DNA of 64,000 bases from Tubulanus polymorphus (lineage: Eukaryota; Animalia; Nemertea): the NCBI RefSeq assembly GCF_964204645.1, contig NC_134031.1, positions 18,855,910 through 18,919,909 on the forward strand, written 5' to 3'. The position numbers and the translations under genes are program-made. Numbering within the stretch: position 1 is the stretch's first letter; every line of letters starts with the position of its first letter. The notes beneath the pieces are model-generated. The model was given only the letters and a program-made list of their open reading frames with translations, had not been told where the DNA came from and did not search any database. Positions 13,737 to 25,490 of this stretch are shown one piece after another.

Positions 13737-15029
13737 TGGAATCCAATTCCAATTCAGACCCATGGAACTATAAGATCTGCTGTATCCAGTTCCACAGTTC
13801 TGAATCAAATTTGACTCGAGAGTTTAAACATCGAAAATGAACAGATTTTAACACTAACACGTTGAACCGAACCCTGGGTATTAATATTAGCCAATTTTGA
13901 CTTGCTGTTTAATCGAGCTCGCAAACACTGTACAACTGGGCCCTGTTCACATTCAGTTTGAAAAAAAAAACTGACCAAACAGATCCACTGCGGCGATCAG
14001 TCACAGTGGTTAATTACATTATCAGACATGATTTATGAATTAACGAGGATGATTCATTTGGAATGATATTTTTTGTGTAGCCGGGTCACGAGGGATTAGA
14101 ATGTGTATTGACTGAACTGTTACAGCAGCGAGCGAGCAACAACAGGCTGTTCCCCGATCTCCCCCGAGCACGATCAGGAAACAAAAACTATATGAACGAG
14201 TTTTTTTCACAGTGCTCGAAAAGGAAAATTCGTGATATTATTTGCGATGCGAGGGAAAACTTGCGTAACGGTAAGGAATGACAATGAATAACGTGCATTC
14301 ACCGGGATTCGAACCCGGGTCCCGTAGGTTATGGAGCTAATGTAGCGTTGTATCCAAGACAAGATTTTACCTATGTCGCGTCTTTGTTTCGGTTGTGCCT
14401 ATTATTCCATCTAGCCGCGAGGACGGAAATCCTAATCACTACTGCAGGGAATTGGCTACTGGAATACTTAATGAAGACACAAAATTAACCGATTTTTCTG
14501 AACTGGAAACAAAAAAAAACCGTCTAATTGTGGTCTATTTATTCAACTGTTGTACATGGATCACGTGATTAGCGTGTGTCATCCAATCAAATACAGGCGA
14601 TGTGTTGAATCCACATCACCCGTGTCGTAATCACCTATGATTACATTCTGTGGTGTTGCGGTTGTTTATTTTGAGGGTCGTTTGAAATGCAACCGTCATT
14701 TATGACTTTTCCTTAAGTTTATTCGACGGCAAGAACCGTGAGAGTTTCAGACGTCAGTCCGGGTCCGGTTGACAAAACAATAGTGGGACAGGACCCAGTT
14801 CTAGTAATTGGTTAACTTTGAATATACGGTATGACTTCATTTTCAACGCCACAGAGTCGTATCCTAACTCACAACTGTAGCACTGAGCTATTCAGCACCA
14901 TTAATATTCTGTGATACTCTCTTAGAGTCCAACATATAAAATTGGAACTTAGCAATCTAACTCCCGGGTTGAACAAGTCCAACGTCATAAATTGACATTT
15001 TGAACACGGAAGCGACTCGTCAGGGTGTA

Positions 15030-15140
15030 ATTCGTGATGAATAGATTTTATTTTTAATCTTTTGAATTTGTATCTAAAGGCTTTCTAATCTTATCCTCTA
15101 TTCTCCACGTTTGAGTGTAGTGCGCTCTTCATTCTACTGT
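15030..15140 (+). repeat. Dispersed repeat, inverted partner of 17770-17870
   Basis: TCTATTCTCCACGTTTGAGTGT (15097-15118) is the exact reverse complement of 17791-17812, with looser flanking similarity. Confidence 0.75.
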
Positions 15141-17769
15141 TAAGTACAGCGTGAACTCAGTTTTTTGGCGGTACGATAACATATATTGTAATAAACGATC
15201 ATATATAGAATAATGTGATAAAAATTACTGATATTATGACAGCCACCGGTATATATATATAACACTGAATTAGACATTGTTTCGACACCTAAAACTAATG
15301 AATGTCTGTTTTATTACATATTATTATGGATCCAACGTGCTGACATGAATATTGGCAGACAATAATCATAGAATAGACGAAAATTGTTCCATCCTAGAAA
15401 ACTGGGCCGGAATAAATTGTCTATATAAACTTCGTCTAGTCTATATTCACACTTCAGTGCCGTGTTACCGACTCTATCCCGAGAGAGAAGGGTTCACCGA
15501 GAACACACGTGGCCCAGTCAGAGCGTGGGAAGTATGGGAATATGGGGCTGTCCATGGGTCAAAATTTTGAAATTTCGTGTGGACGCCTATTATGGACAGC
15601 ACATGTAGAGTTACTTGTACGTCCACAAATTGGGGACCTGAGGGCCGCGTGCAGGTTATAGTAATTAATGCGGATTATATGTATCTTTTGCACGTACCAC
15701 TATTTAATAAATCAATACATGAACACATAGATAGATATGATATAAACAACAACAGAGCCGATGGGTAATTGTAATGGCTGCTCAGGGCAGTGTGGAGTCT
15801 CACTCGAAAGAGTAACCTTTCGAACCTATAAATCTTCCCTATACTAACATGAAATCCAAACACCTCATTTAATTTTCCAAATCGATTTTTCTCCACTGTT
15901 TATATTTGAATTTCTGATTTTTTTTTTCGCGAAGTCGACAAAAATAGCGGGCAGCGCGGTTAACGCGGGGATAATCACGTTCGCGCGATACCGGTGGTCG
16001 TGTGGAGCCGTTGATCATCAAACGCTCGGTGTAGACGCAGAAAGTCAGCCATGTCGCCGTTTATTGGTTTTTAATAAGTTAATACGGTCCATTCAACACT
16101 GTGCATGCCTGGGTAAAAGAGCAACAGGATATTTCATCACCAGTAGCCTGCATCAGCATCAGTATCAACAGCACCGGCATCATAAAGAACAGGGCGGACA
16201 AGAACAGTCACTGATTGAATGTCATCCATCACGATAAATTAATCTAACGTCGTTCGGGATATTGTCACCCGGACGAATGAACGATTATATTTTTTCCATC
16301 ATATGAAAAAAATCAATACGTAAAAAGCCGGTAAAACGTGATCGCACGTGGAACGGATGCCTGTGAGAGCTTTCTAACCGACACACGTTTATATCAATGT
16401 TATTTTCTTGGTCGTTGATTTATCATATATTGTCGACAATATCAAGCAATATTTATGTTAGTTTTCCAAGGCCAAAGTAAACTTTCAAGTTAAACTTTTC
16501 TTGTTATGACTAATAATAATTCTTGCTCTCCAGATTATACGCGCGTAAGAAGAGAGAATTAGAGAACATCGTCTGTTAGTTGACCACTGATTGAACAGAG
16601 ACGATTGACCACGGTGATAATCCCAACTTATTCAGTAATCCTTTCGTCGCCGTCACCGAATCAACAAGTCTCTTCGATAAAACCTAATTACGCCCTGTGA
16701 AATGATAATCAACTTGTTGCGACCAAAGTCAAGATTATTAAAGTAACTTATCGAAATAATTCGATCGGCGAATATTAGCACGACAGAAATCAGCTATTCG
16801 TGCTTTCATTACCTGAATACAGACCGTGGTAACAGACGCTTCAGATCCAGACTATACACCCATATATAGTAGATTGGCTGGTACGTGCCAGTCGGTGGCT
16901 AATACAGCCAGTCCCGGCACCGAGCGTCCGTTGAGGCCCTTTAACGAAGATTGAGACCGAGATCAATTCTTCCACGGAGTCAATTAGGTTTTTTAAGTCG
17001 ATGACGTCAAACTTGAGCCACAGTTTGAAGAATGAAACAAAACGCCAAAGGTGTCCGTCGCACGTTCCTATATACAGACTGAACCAGTGGACGGAATCTT
17101 CTATGACATAGGTCATGTTGCGAAGACCCCTGATTTGGAGATTCAAACTTCTTCCGCAACAAAAAGACCCGCAGAGACCAAGATCAATTTTTTCCAGTTT
17201 CTAGCTTTCCAAACAGTAAAAGGGTCAAATCCCTTACAACTTCGATTCTGGCTTCGACAGGTTTCGCATCTTCGCAACTTTTTACCACTTTGAAACTTCT
17301 GTAGACCTGCTGCGCAGTGACAATACAGACAATTATTATAAATCGTTCATTTCCCGTCATTGTGCCGATAATATTTCGGTCGTAATTTTTCTTCATTTTC
17401 GTCGACTTCCAAAATGCGAGTCGTTATTCTTGGTTTATAACCTCGATCGCACGGCACGAGAGCGTGATAACTCATCATCAATTTCATCATCATTTTCATC
17501 ATCCATTTCTCGTCAAAATCTCGATGAATACCAAATGATCCCGATGTAACAAAGATAAAATCGCTCTGATAAATTTCACTTTTCGAGTATCGTAAAATTT
17601 TGAATCTTTCAGTGAATTTTAACGAGGACTGTGTCCCGCGGCGGTTTGACTTTATGATGGAGTCATGGTTCTCAGCCGAACAAACCTGGCAATGATAAAG
17701 TCATTGTCATCTCCAGGCCATTTGGGAAAAAGTCGAAACTTTGAATCAGCTACTCAAGGAAAGATTTCA

Positions 17770-17870
17770 GAATTCTATAGTAGAATAACCACACTCAAAC
17801 GTGGAGAATAGATGATACAAAAAACCCCACTACAGATTTTAAAGGTTTAAAACCAAGAATTTATCTGATG
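17770..17870 (-). repeat. Dispersed repeat, inverted partner of 15030-15140
   Basis: ACACTCAAACGTGGAGAATAGA at 17791-17812. Confidence 0.75.
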
Positions 17871-19517
17871 GAGAAATCGAATGAAAAATTGACAAATTTT
17901 GCGTTTTTGTTTTTGTATTTTTCACGAAATAAATTCTTATTAAATAAATCCCCTGCTGATTTCACATGAGGAACATGTACACTGCTATTATCACCGGGTT
18001 ATAAGACTTTCATAGTTAACGCGAGCGTGTACGTACATATATGGTATGCATTGGTTTTCGGTCTGGATTCCAGGCAAATAATTTGTTTTTCTTACCGAGT
18101 CGTAATTGGAAGAAATGAAGCGTCGTTCAGGTGTCTGATGGAGAATGGGCGGAATGAGACTTCGACTCGTAGAAACAGCGCTCACCAATCAACAGACCGG
18201 ACATTGAACGCTATTTCATTTGGATACGACATGAAACGGGTCGTTGATGGGTGCGGCTGACATTCCTCACCGAGAATGGTATCGAGTCTGTGAAGGGGGC
18301 ATCATCATTCCGGGGACCGGTTCAAAAGAATCAAAATCTAAGTCATCAAATAATTGAAAATGAACTATGAATCTCAATTATGAGAAGCCTCGGTTAAATT
18401 TGACCGTAGAGTGAAAATTCGAAGTCCATCTCAAAAGCGCTTGAGTCAATTTAATATTCAACGCAGACCTGTGGAACTGAATCAGGAATTGAGGTAAAAC
18501 TGTCTCGTGGATTCTGGTTAAACTTAGGTATTCACGATATAATTTTGTTTCCTTTCTTGAACCATGGACTCTAAAGCAAGGGGTCTATTGTAGAGTAGAG
18601 TACACGCTCTGCAATCGATCGAGATTTAGAGTTTATGAGGCATATTTGCAGGTATTTTTGTCGAGCCGGTATTCATCGCCCTAAAAATCCGCATTCGACG
18701 CTCTGATGATAAACTGCATACAGTTAAGTCGTGTTCAAGTCGTTTATTACCGACATTTTTTCACGCCTGACAAAAGATGAATTATACCGGGTCCGGTTTT
18801 TAGGGCTATGATAAATTACGATACGTACAAATAGAAAGATACATGGTCATTGTGGTCGCATGCCAGGGTCCCTGAAGGCTAGTACTGCAGTGGTCGTTGT
18901 TGTATCGGCGGAGGCTTATGTATGGTTTTTATCGTACCCGGCTCGGTCGTCCGTTAGTATTAACTCAACGCGATAAATCTACATTAACGTCACCGCGACT
19001 CTGCGGCCGATTCCTCCCTCGGCTATCGTCGAACCAGTCGGACCTGTTGAGCCGCTACATCCGACTATGAAAGCAATTATCTGCCTGAATGGCTAGTGGC
19101 TGATCGTCGGAAGCAAGATGCACCGTGTAGATAGTGTTCAAACCGATGAAACATCGCTAACTCGGTTCTCACCGCTCCCGCTTTCTGCGCCGATCAAAGA
19201 TTATTTCAAATCGATCTCGGTCGAATCGTCGCAGCAATCATCTCATCCACCCGCGGTTCAAAAACATTTGACCTTCACCCCTGCAGTTTACGGTTACCTA
19301 AGTCGCCATTTTTTCTCGTACCTTTTAGACGTAATGAATGCAACATTTTCTTTAAAGTATTTGCCACGATTTCTGTTTAAAGCGCATGGAGTTTACTTAT
19401 AGTAAAGCAGTAATAAACTATAAACATTGAAATGAAAATTCCTGTTCTGAACTTTTGGTATTTTGTTTCATAACAGCGACATTCATCGTATTTCAGACAT
19501 CAGTATAGAGCGATGCA

Positions 19518-19637
19518 TCTTTCTCTCTCCCTCTCTGCCCTAGTCTCTCTCCTCTCTTCTTCGCCTCTCCTTCTCTCGTTTCTCTTCTCCCTCTCTTGTC
19601 TTTCTATCCTCTCTCCTCTCTTTTCCTCTCCCCTCTC
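19518..19637 (+). repeat. CT-rich low-complexity tract
   Basis: Almost pure pyrimidine run. Confidence 0.9.
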
Positions 19638-20759
19638 ATCACACTCACCGCTCGGTTATGTCTCATTCACAAGCAGCAGTGGAAGGTATTACAGCTAGGC
19701 GGTGATTAGTATGCTGGTCATACAGTCAGCTAGTAATAGGTGTTCCGTTGTTATTAGAGCCACATCGTGCACAAAATACAGCACACAACCACAGTATGAT
19801 CCTCATATATATACAAATATATGCATGTGTACCTTTCATTAAATACAACCGCAATAACTGTTTGCACAAACAATAACAACAGAGCCGCCCATAGTTTCAT
19901 AAACAAGTTTAACTCAAATCTTTGGTTTAATGGCAACCTTTTTACCTGTTTTTAATGAGGCTTAACCGATCTAATCATAAAAAGTTTCATGACAGTGGAC
20001 CCAGCAGCATGTTTGAAAACAATGGCCGCGTGACCGGAGGCCCTGACTTCTGAGAAACAAGTTTTCATCAATCTCGCCTGCGCGGCCTGGTAGCTCGCAC
20101 CAACGTATAACCACCAAGCCCTGGCAAGCGAGAGTATGGTTTAAGGTAAATACCAATATCTTAGGAACTGCATCACCATCCAGACTCTTGTTATTGTCTG
20201 TGTGTTACATGAATGAATCTTACTCCATGTTTACTTAGAGCAGGAGAGAGAGGATAGCGAGAAATGACGCGTGCGCTTTTTCTGCATTCCGTCCTCTTTT
20301 CATTCGAGCTCGATATAATAACGAACCAGGTATGGAAAAACTCCTACCGCAACCAGGTGTAAGAAATCGGCAATATCTCACGAGTAATAATATCAAATTT
20401 TCAGAATTGCTGCATGACCGCTCGCGCTGCAAGAAGCCACATAGATGTACTAACTGAATATAGCGCGCATCTCGACGACAGAACGGAGTCAATCAGGCAC
20501 AAAATATGAAACCAATGGCTTGAGCTGAGATACGAGAACGGAGAGGTATTAATAAAAAATTCTTCATACGTCTATGAAAGACTTGATAAGAGTTGTATTA
20601 ACCCTTGAATTGCCAATACAGTTTGGGACGTCATCTTACACGTTCAAATGACAAGTGAATCACTTCCCTTGCTCGAATAACTTGTATCTCGGAAACTTAT
20701 CAATATTATTATGAAAGAAAACGCGCAATTGGAGAAAAACACTGTATAGCAAAAACTTG

Positions 20760-21142
20760 CTTGAAAGTTTGAAAAATAACACATAAATTGCTTGTCGACA
20801 ATGAATAATTTGTATGAATATCAAGGATCAAAATCATTTTGGATTTGTGTATATCGATAAATGAATTGAATTGACCGGCAACCAGTCAAGCTTGATTCAA
20901 TATTGATGATGTAGTGCACCTTAAAATGATTATCAAAATTTATTGAAAATAGAATAAGAGTTATGAAATATATCTGATTACAAAATAAACGCCAAAATTC
21001 ACAATTGCAATTGTTTTTTTGAAACGCCAATATTGATGACGTAGTGCGCATCGACTAGCACAGAACCCCTCATATTATTGCGTACTAAGGTATCAATGTA
21101 TACAAACATTACTGTAACGGTTTATACGGCGTCATAAAATAT
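20760..21142 (+). repeat. ~400-bp dispersed repeat, copy 2 (unclassified)
   Basis: Colinear with 6286-6685 in the same orientation. Confidence 0.9.
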
Positions 21143-21829
21143 CTTGACGTTTTACTCGAATATTATATGAGCCATTTTCATAAAACGTCAGGAGAACAAA
21201 CAAGGAAAGTTTCGATATAATAATTATCTCCGCATTTGGTATTTATCTCCAGAAATAGACACACAGAACATGTGTATCTAACGTCAGTTTAACTCACCTT
21301 TCGGAAACCGTGATAACAAGTTAAGTTCGCTCTCCCTCTCTTTATCCTGCAGCCGCGAGCGTCAACAACACGGTATCGTGTGGATGTTAAAGACAAATTC
21401 TTTTTATCAAATGTATATCAAATGTGAGTATAGAGTTTTTACGTGATCCCAATCCTCGCTTTACCGAAGCTTATAATGGAAGCTAAAAATAGCGATTGAA
21501 TTCAGGATGGTCCTTTGATTCGGGGGTTTGAATTCATTTCAAACACGGCCGGCTTACACTATCATACCATGCAGAATACAACTTCAATAGCAAAACAGAC
21601 TGGCATAAACCAATAACCGATCTAAATAGATATATATGGCGTTCATGTGTTTAAAGCGTCCGGGGTTGCGAAATAATCCGTCAATCTTTAGCAAAGCTAA
21701 GTTATGAGCGGACAGGCCAGGAGCAGATCTAGGTGAATAGGAAGGCTGGGTACAAAACAAGAAGGAAGGACATATTCTCGAATAAAGCAGCCACGCGGAA
21801 GACCACAAGCGCCGTTACATGCAATTTCA

Positions 21830-21986
21830 CACTTACCACAAGCGGAATCCTCTATTGCCGCAGTAGTTGATAGCCTACTGCACACTAGCGACACCTGGTG
21901 GATTCTCACTTGCCACAAGCGGAATCCTCTATTGCCGCAGTAGTTGATAGCCTACTGCACACTAGCGACACCTTGTTGATTCTCAC
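21830..21986. repeat. 77-bp tandem duplication
   Basis: CACTT(A/G)CCACAAGCGGAATCCTCTATTGCCGCAGTAGTTGATAGCCTACTGCACACTAGCGACACCT... at 21830 and 21907, near-identical. Confidence 0.95.
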
Positions 21987-22980
21987 GCGCAACCCTCTAC
22001 ATTGTCGTGCAGGTTTTTTAACCACTGACTTGACAAAAATTGCAACTGCGAAAGAAAACTGTGGTCCAGACCCCCGAATATACTGCCTAGATCGGCCCTC
22101 CAGGCCATCACACGCATGGAGGCATGTCACATTCGTCTAATCAGTATTCTAGCTTTTTCATTTTTGTCCCTCGTAAAAACAGAACATTAAACAGATAGAA
22201 TCAACTTATTTCGTATTTCTCATCATAAAAATGAGACGCACGGGCACGATCCGCGCACCTGCAGCGGTAGTAATAACTAGCTACGCGCACCTGCTGCTGC
22301 TTCTGCTGCTGCAGTGCGGGATGTTATTGAAACTCGTCAAGACGATGATGAAATAGTTGACAGTGACTAAAATTAATCACGTCGAAACCTCGCGTGAAGA
22401 CGAGAAAAAGCAGATTTCTATCTAGTTTTCTCTCATTTTGATTGCTCGATTTCGTGTATGGTTAACGCGACTAGTTGCGCTAAAGGCATCTTTTACAACA
22501 TCGCGCGGGTAACTTTACACGATCATGAGACGATGAGTCAGCAGATTTGAAGAAATCGTTTGAGGAAAGAAATTCGTCTGATTTCAAATTGATTTCTTCC
22601 CCTAATCGACTATGATCCTAATTCCTAAATTGGAAACTAATGACGAAACGTTTCGAATTGATATCCGAAAAATCGACGTAAATTGATTTACAAGTTTTCG
22701 CGTGCTCGGATTCAGTAAAAACGTTGAAAATGTCTTCAGGACGAGAACAGTAAAACCCACGGAATCCTCGCCGAATCTCCGTGGATTCCCCTTGATTCCT
22801 CGTCGAGTGACAGATAATTAAATCGGGAATGGAATTTTAATCCTAAATTCTGATGAAGCCATATTTAGGCTACTCTTCTTCTATCGAGTGGAAATTACGG
22901 AATAGTAAAAAGTTGAAGAAGCCATAACGTGTTGTACAAGTGGAAGGTCACAGAGCGGGTAAGGTGGAATATCCAAATAA

Positions 22981-23063
22981 CATCCTCATATGGCTGCGTT
23001 TCGTACCCGATCTTATCATAACAGTGCGGTGCAATCAGGTTCGAGTCCCAGCCGAGGAGGATG
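22981..23063. mobile_element. Small foldback element with B-box-containing arms
   Basis: Left arm CATCCTCATATGGCTGCGTTTCGTACCCGAT approximates the reverse complement of right arm ATCAGGTTCGAGTCCCAGCCGAGGAGGATG. Confidence 0.65.
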
Positions 23064-25374
23064 ACAGTCGATGTCGATGGACTAGGATAGGGCGGGCCAC
23101 CTTTCGTTTGTTAGTTTTCTTATTCTCCTTCCATAAAACATATTGACAATCAGTCCAAGCTGAAGAGGGGAATTCAGGGAAACTTAACAATAGAAATACA
23201 TATCACTCTATTCATGTATTGGCCTATCATCTTTTTGAGAATACCAAAGTTCATATGCGAAGAGACACGGCTTCACTCTAATGAGCCGGTTATTTCCAGG
23301 CGCAGGGATCAAACGCTTTTTCGAAAACTTTCAAATGCAGTGCATTAATATGCAAATTTGGTAAATTGAAACTTTTTTCTCGAATTTCATAGATATTGCC
23401 TGACGGATGAGTCAAATTTCGCTTCGCCAATGATTCACTAGAAAATCGCAATAACAGAGAAAATTGAGAAAATACAGGAAATCGTGAAATAATATTTCGA
23501 TATCATCGATGCCTTAAGGGCTGCAGAAAAACTTAAGGCTCGAATTTATTGCTTCCGAAGTGAAGTCATTTTCAAGAAATGTTGAAATGGAATTTTAGGA
23601 ATAAAAAGGACCCAAAGTGGTAAAAAACCATTATTCAGTACAGCTTGTTTGTCAGCGGGGTCCCTAGACCTCGAATTTCGAATTGTAAATTGACGAAAAT
23701 GAAAACTAGAAATGAAATACTGGGCTTAGGTAGAGGGCAAAGGAATACCTTTAGATTATTAATTGTGCAACATCCGGCTGGCTAGGGCTGGGTTCCTGAG
23801 CAACAAAACTGTAGCCCTCAGTAACGATAAAATAATAAATAAAGAATGGTTCAAAAAAAAAATAGAAATACTATGCAAAAATCTTTTTTTGTTTTACGTA
23901 ACTTCAAACCACTTCAGTTTAAAATCATCATTTTAGATTATTATACGCGAAAAGTCTGACGATCGCCGTTCTATTGAGAAATTGAGATTAAAACCCAATT
24001 TTTATCTGTTTCTACCGAAAAATTCTACGTGTCGGGATTTGAATATCTTCACTTAAATTGGATTTATTTCGACCTTTTCGATCAAAGCATTTGAAATCGG
24101 ATAAAAGCCGAGGTGACAAAAATCCTATCACACCAACTAAAAATATTCCATCTCTCTCCCTTTCTCTCTACGCGTGGAGGTAATCCGTGATATACGTTAA
24201 TCGGCTTATCGCGGATTAATTCCAGTCCAAATCGTCACCAGATCCGATTACAACTGACAATATTCTAGGTATATAATTTCCTCGCCTGCGGATAATGCGC
24301 ACAAATTTGCCGCAGTTTTTTTTTTCTGTTCTACGCGGTGTTAAAAATATAGAATTTAATTCGAATAATTTTTTTTCGCGAAATGGAAAATTTAGACCGA
24401 AGATTATTTTCTATATTCGGGTTCTAATTTGCTCTAAATCACGATCCTGCGAATTATCAGTTTCCATTCATATTTCGCTCGAGGATTAGCAGACGTTTTA
24501 CGTCTAATTAAAACGTGACGTAGTTTTACGATTATTAGGCACGAAAATTTCCGCTTCGTGTTAAAAATAACGCAAAGTGGACTCAAATAGACGCCATTTT
24601 ACCCGCTGTCTCATTGCTGAGTTCTCGTGTATAGAACTGTGTCCTAAGAGCCATCATCACGTAACAATAACGAGACATTTTGTCGTACGTGCCAAAACTG
24701 GTTTGTACCAGAACAATTCAAAACTGACCTATTTGGTCATTCTGTAGATCGCGCATGAGTGTTCTGTGGAAGGTTTATTTGCCGTCTCACTCCGAGCACG
24801 GATCTACCAGACTTTGGTCAACTGAAGTGATAATTCGCTATTCTAGAGGTGACACGACCACAGTTTTGAGTTCGTCTCTTTTCGTGACGATTAACTAAGT
24901 ATCAAGCAGATTGTGTATGAAGATGGATGTATTCTCTGTTAGAAAAAATCCACTGAACAATATTCCCCCTAAAACTTCCAGCGAAAATAACTTTTCACCG
25001 AGAAAACAAAATTGTAGTGTCATCTGCGCAATTATTAGGGAAAAACTTGGGCTCTCGGGTTCAGCGTTTAACCGGCAGTTAGCAGCACCGTACGGCTACA
25101 CGGAGGATTGCGGCGGCGAAGCGATGAATAACTTGTCTTACCTTAGGCACCAAAACTTCCACAGTTCCAAACACTTTCACATTCACCTGGAAACCTACGA
25201 ATGAAAAAGATAACACAGATGTCTTAGAATAAGATCGCTCGAAAGATGTCTAAAACTACTTCCTTTCCGAGACAATTCCGAAGAGTCAAATTTGATGGAG
25301 AAAACTGTGGAACTAGATCTGGAGGTTTTGTAGTCAGTTTTACAATAGTTAATCCCTTGACTCGGTGGCACTGC

Positions 25375-25490
25375 CAAGACCAGTCTACAAACAACTCAGT
25401 TCTATAGCCAGTCCAGACTTAATACTAGTCTTAACATGATCTAAGACAACTTTGAGACTTACGTAGGTCACGACTATGCAACTGGACCCA
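25375..25490. mobile_element. Fragment of a sister TIR family (AAGACTGGTCTTA-rich; terminus GACTATGCAACTGGACCC)
   Basis: Shares AAGACTGGTCT/AGACCAGTCT motifs and the GGGCCCAGTTGC-type terminus with ~405-610, ~28630-28750, ~46125-46215 and ~50368-50425. Confidence 0.6.
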
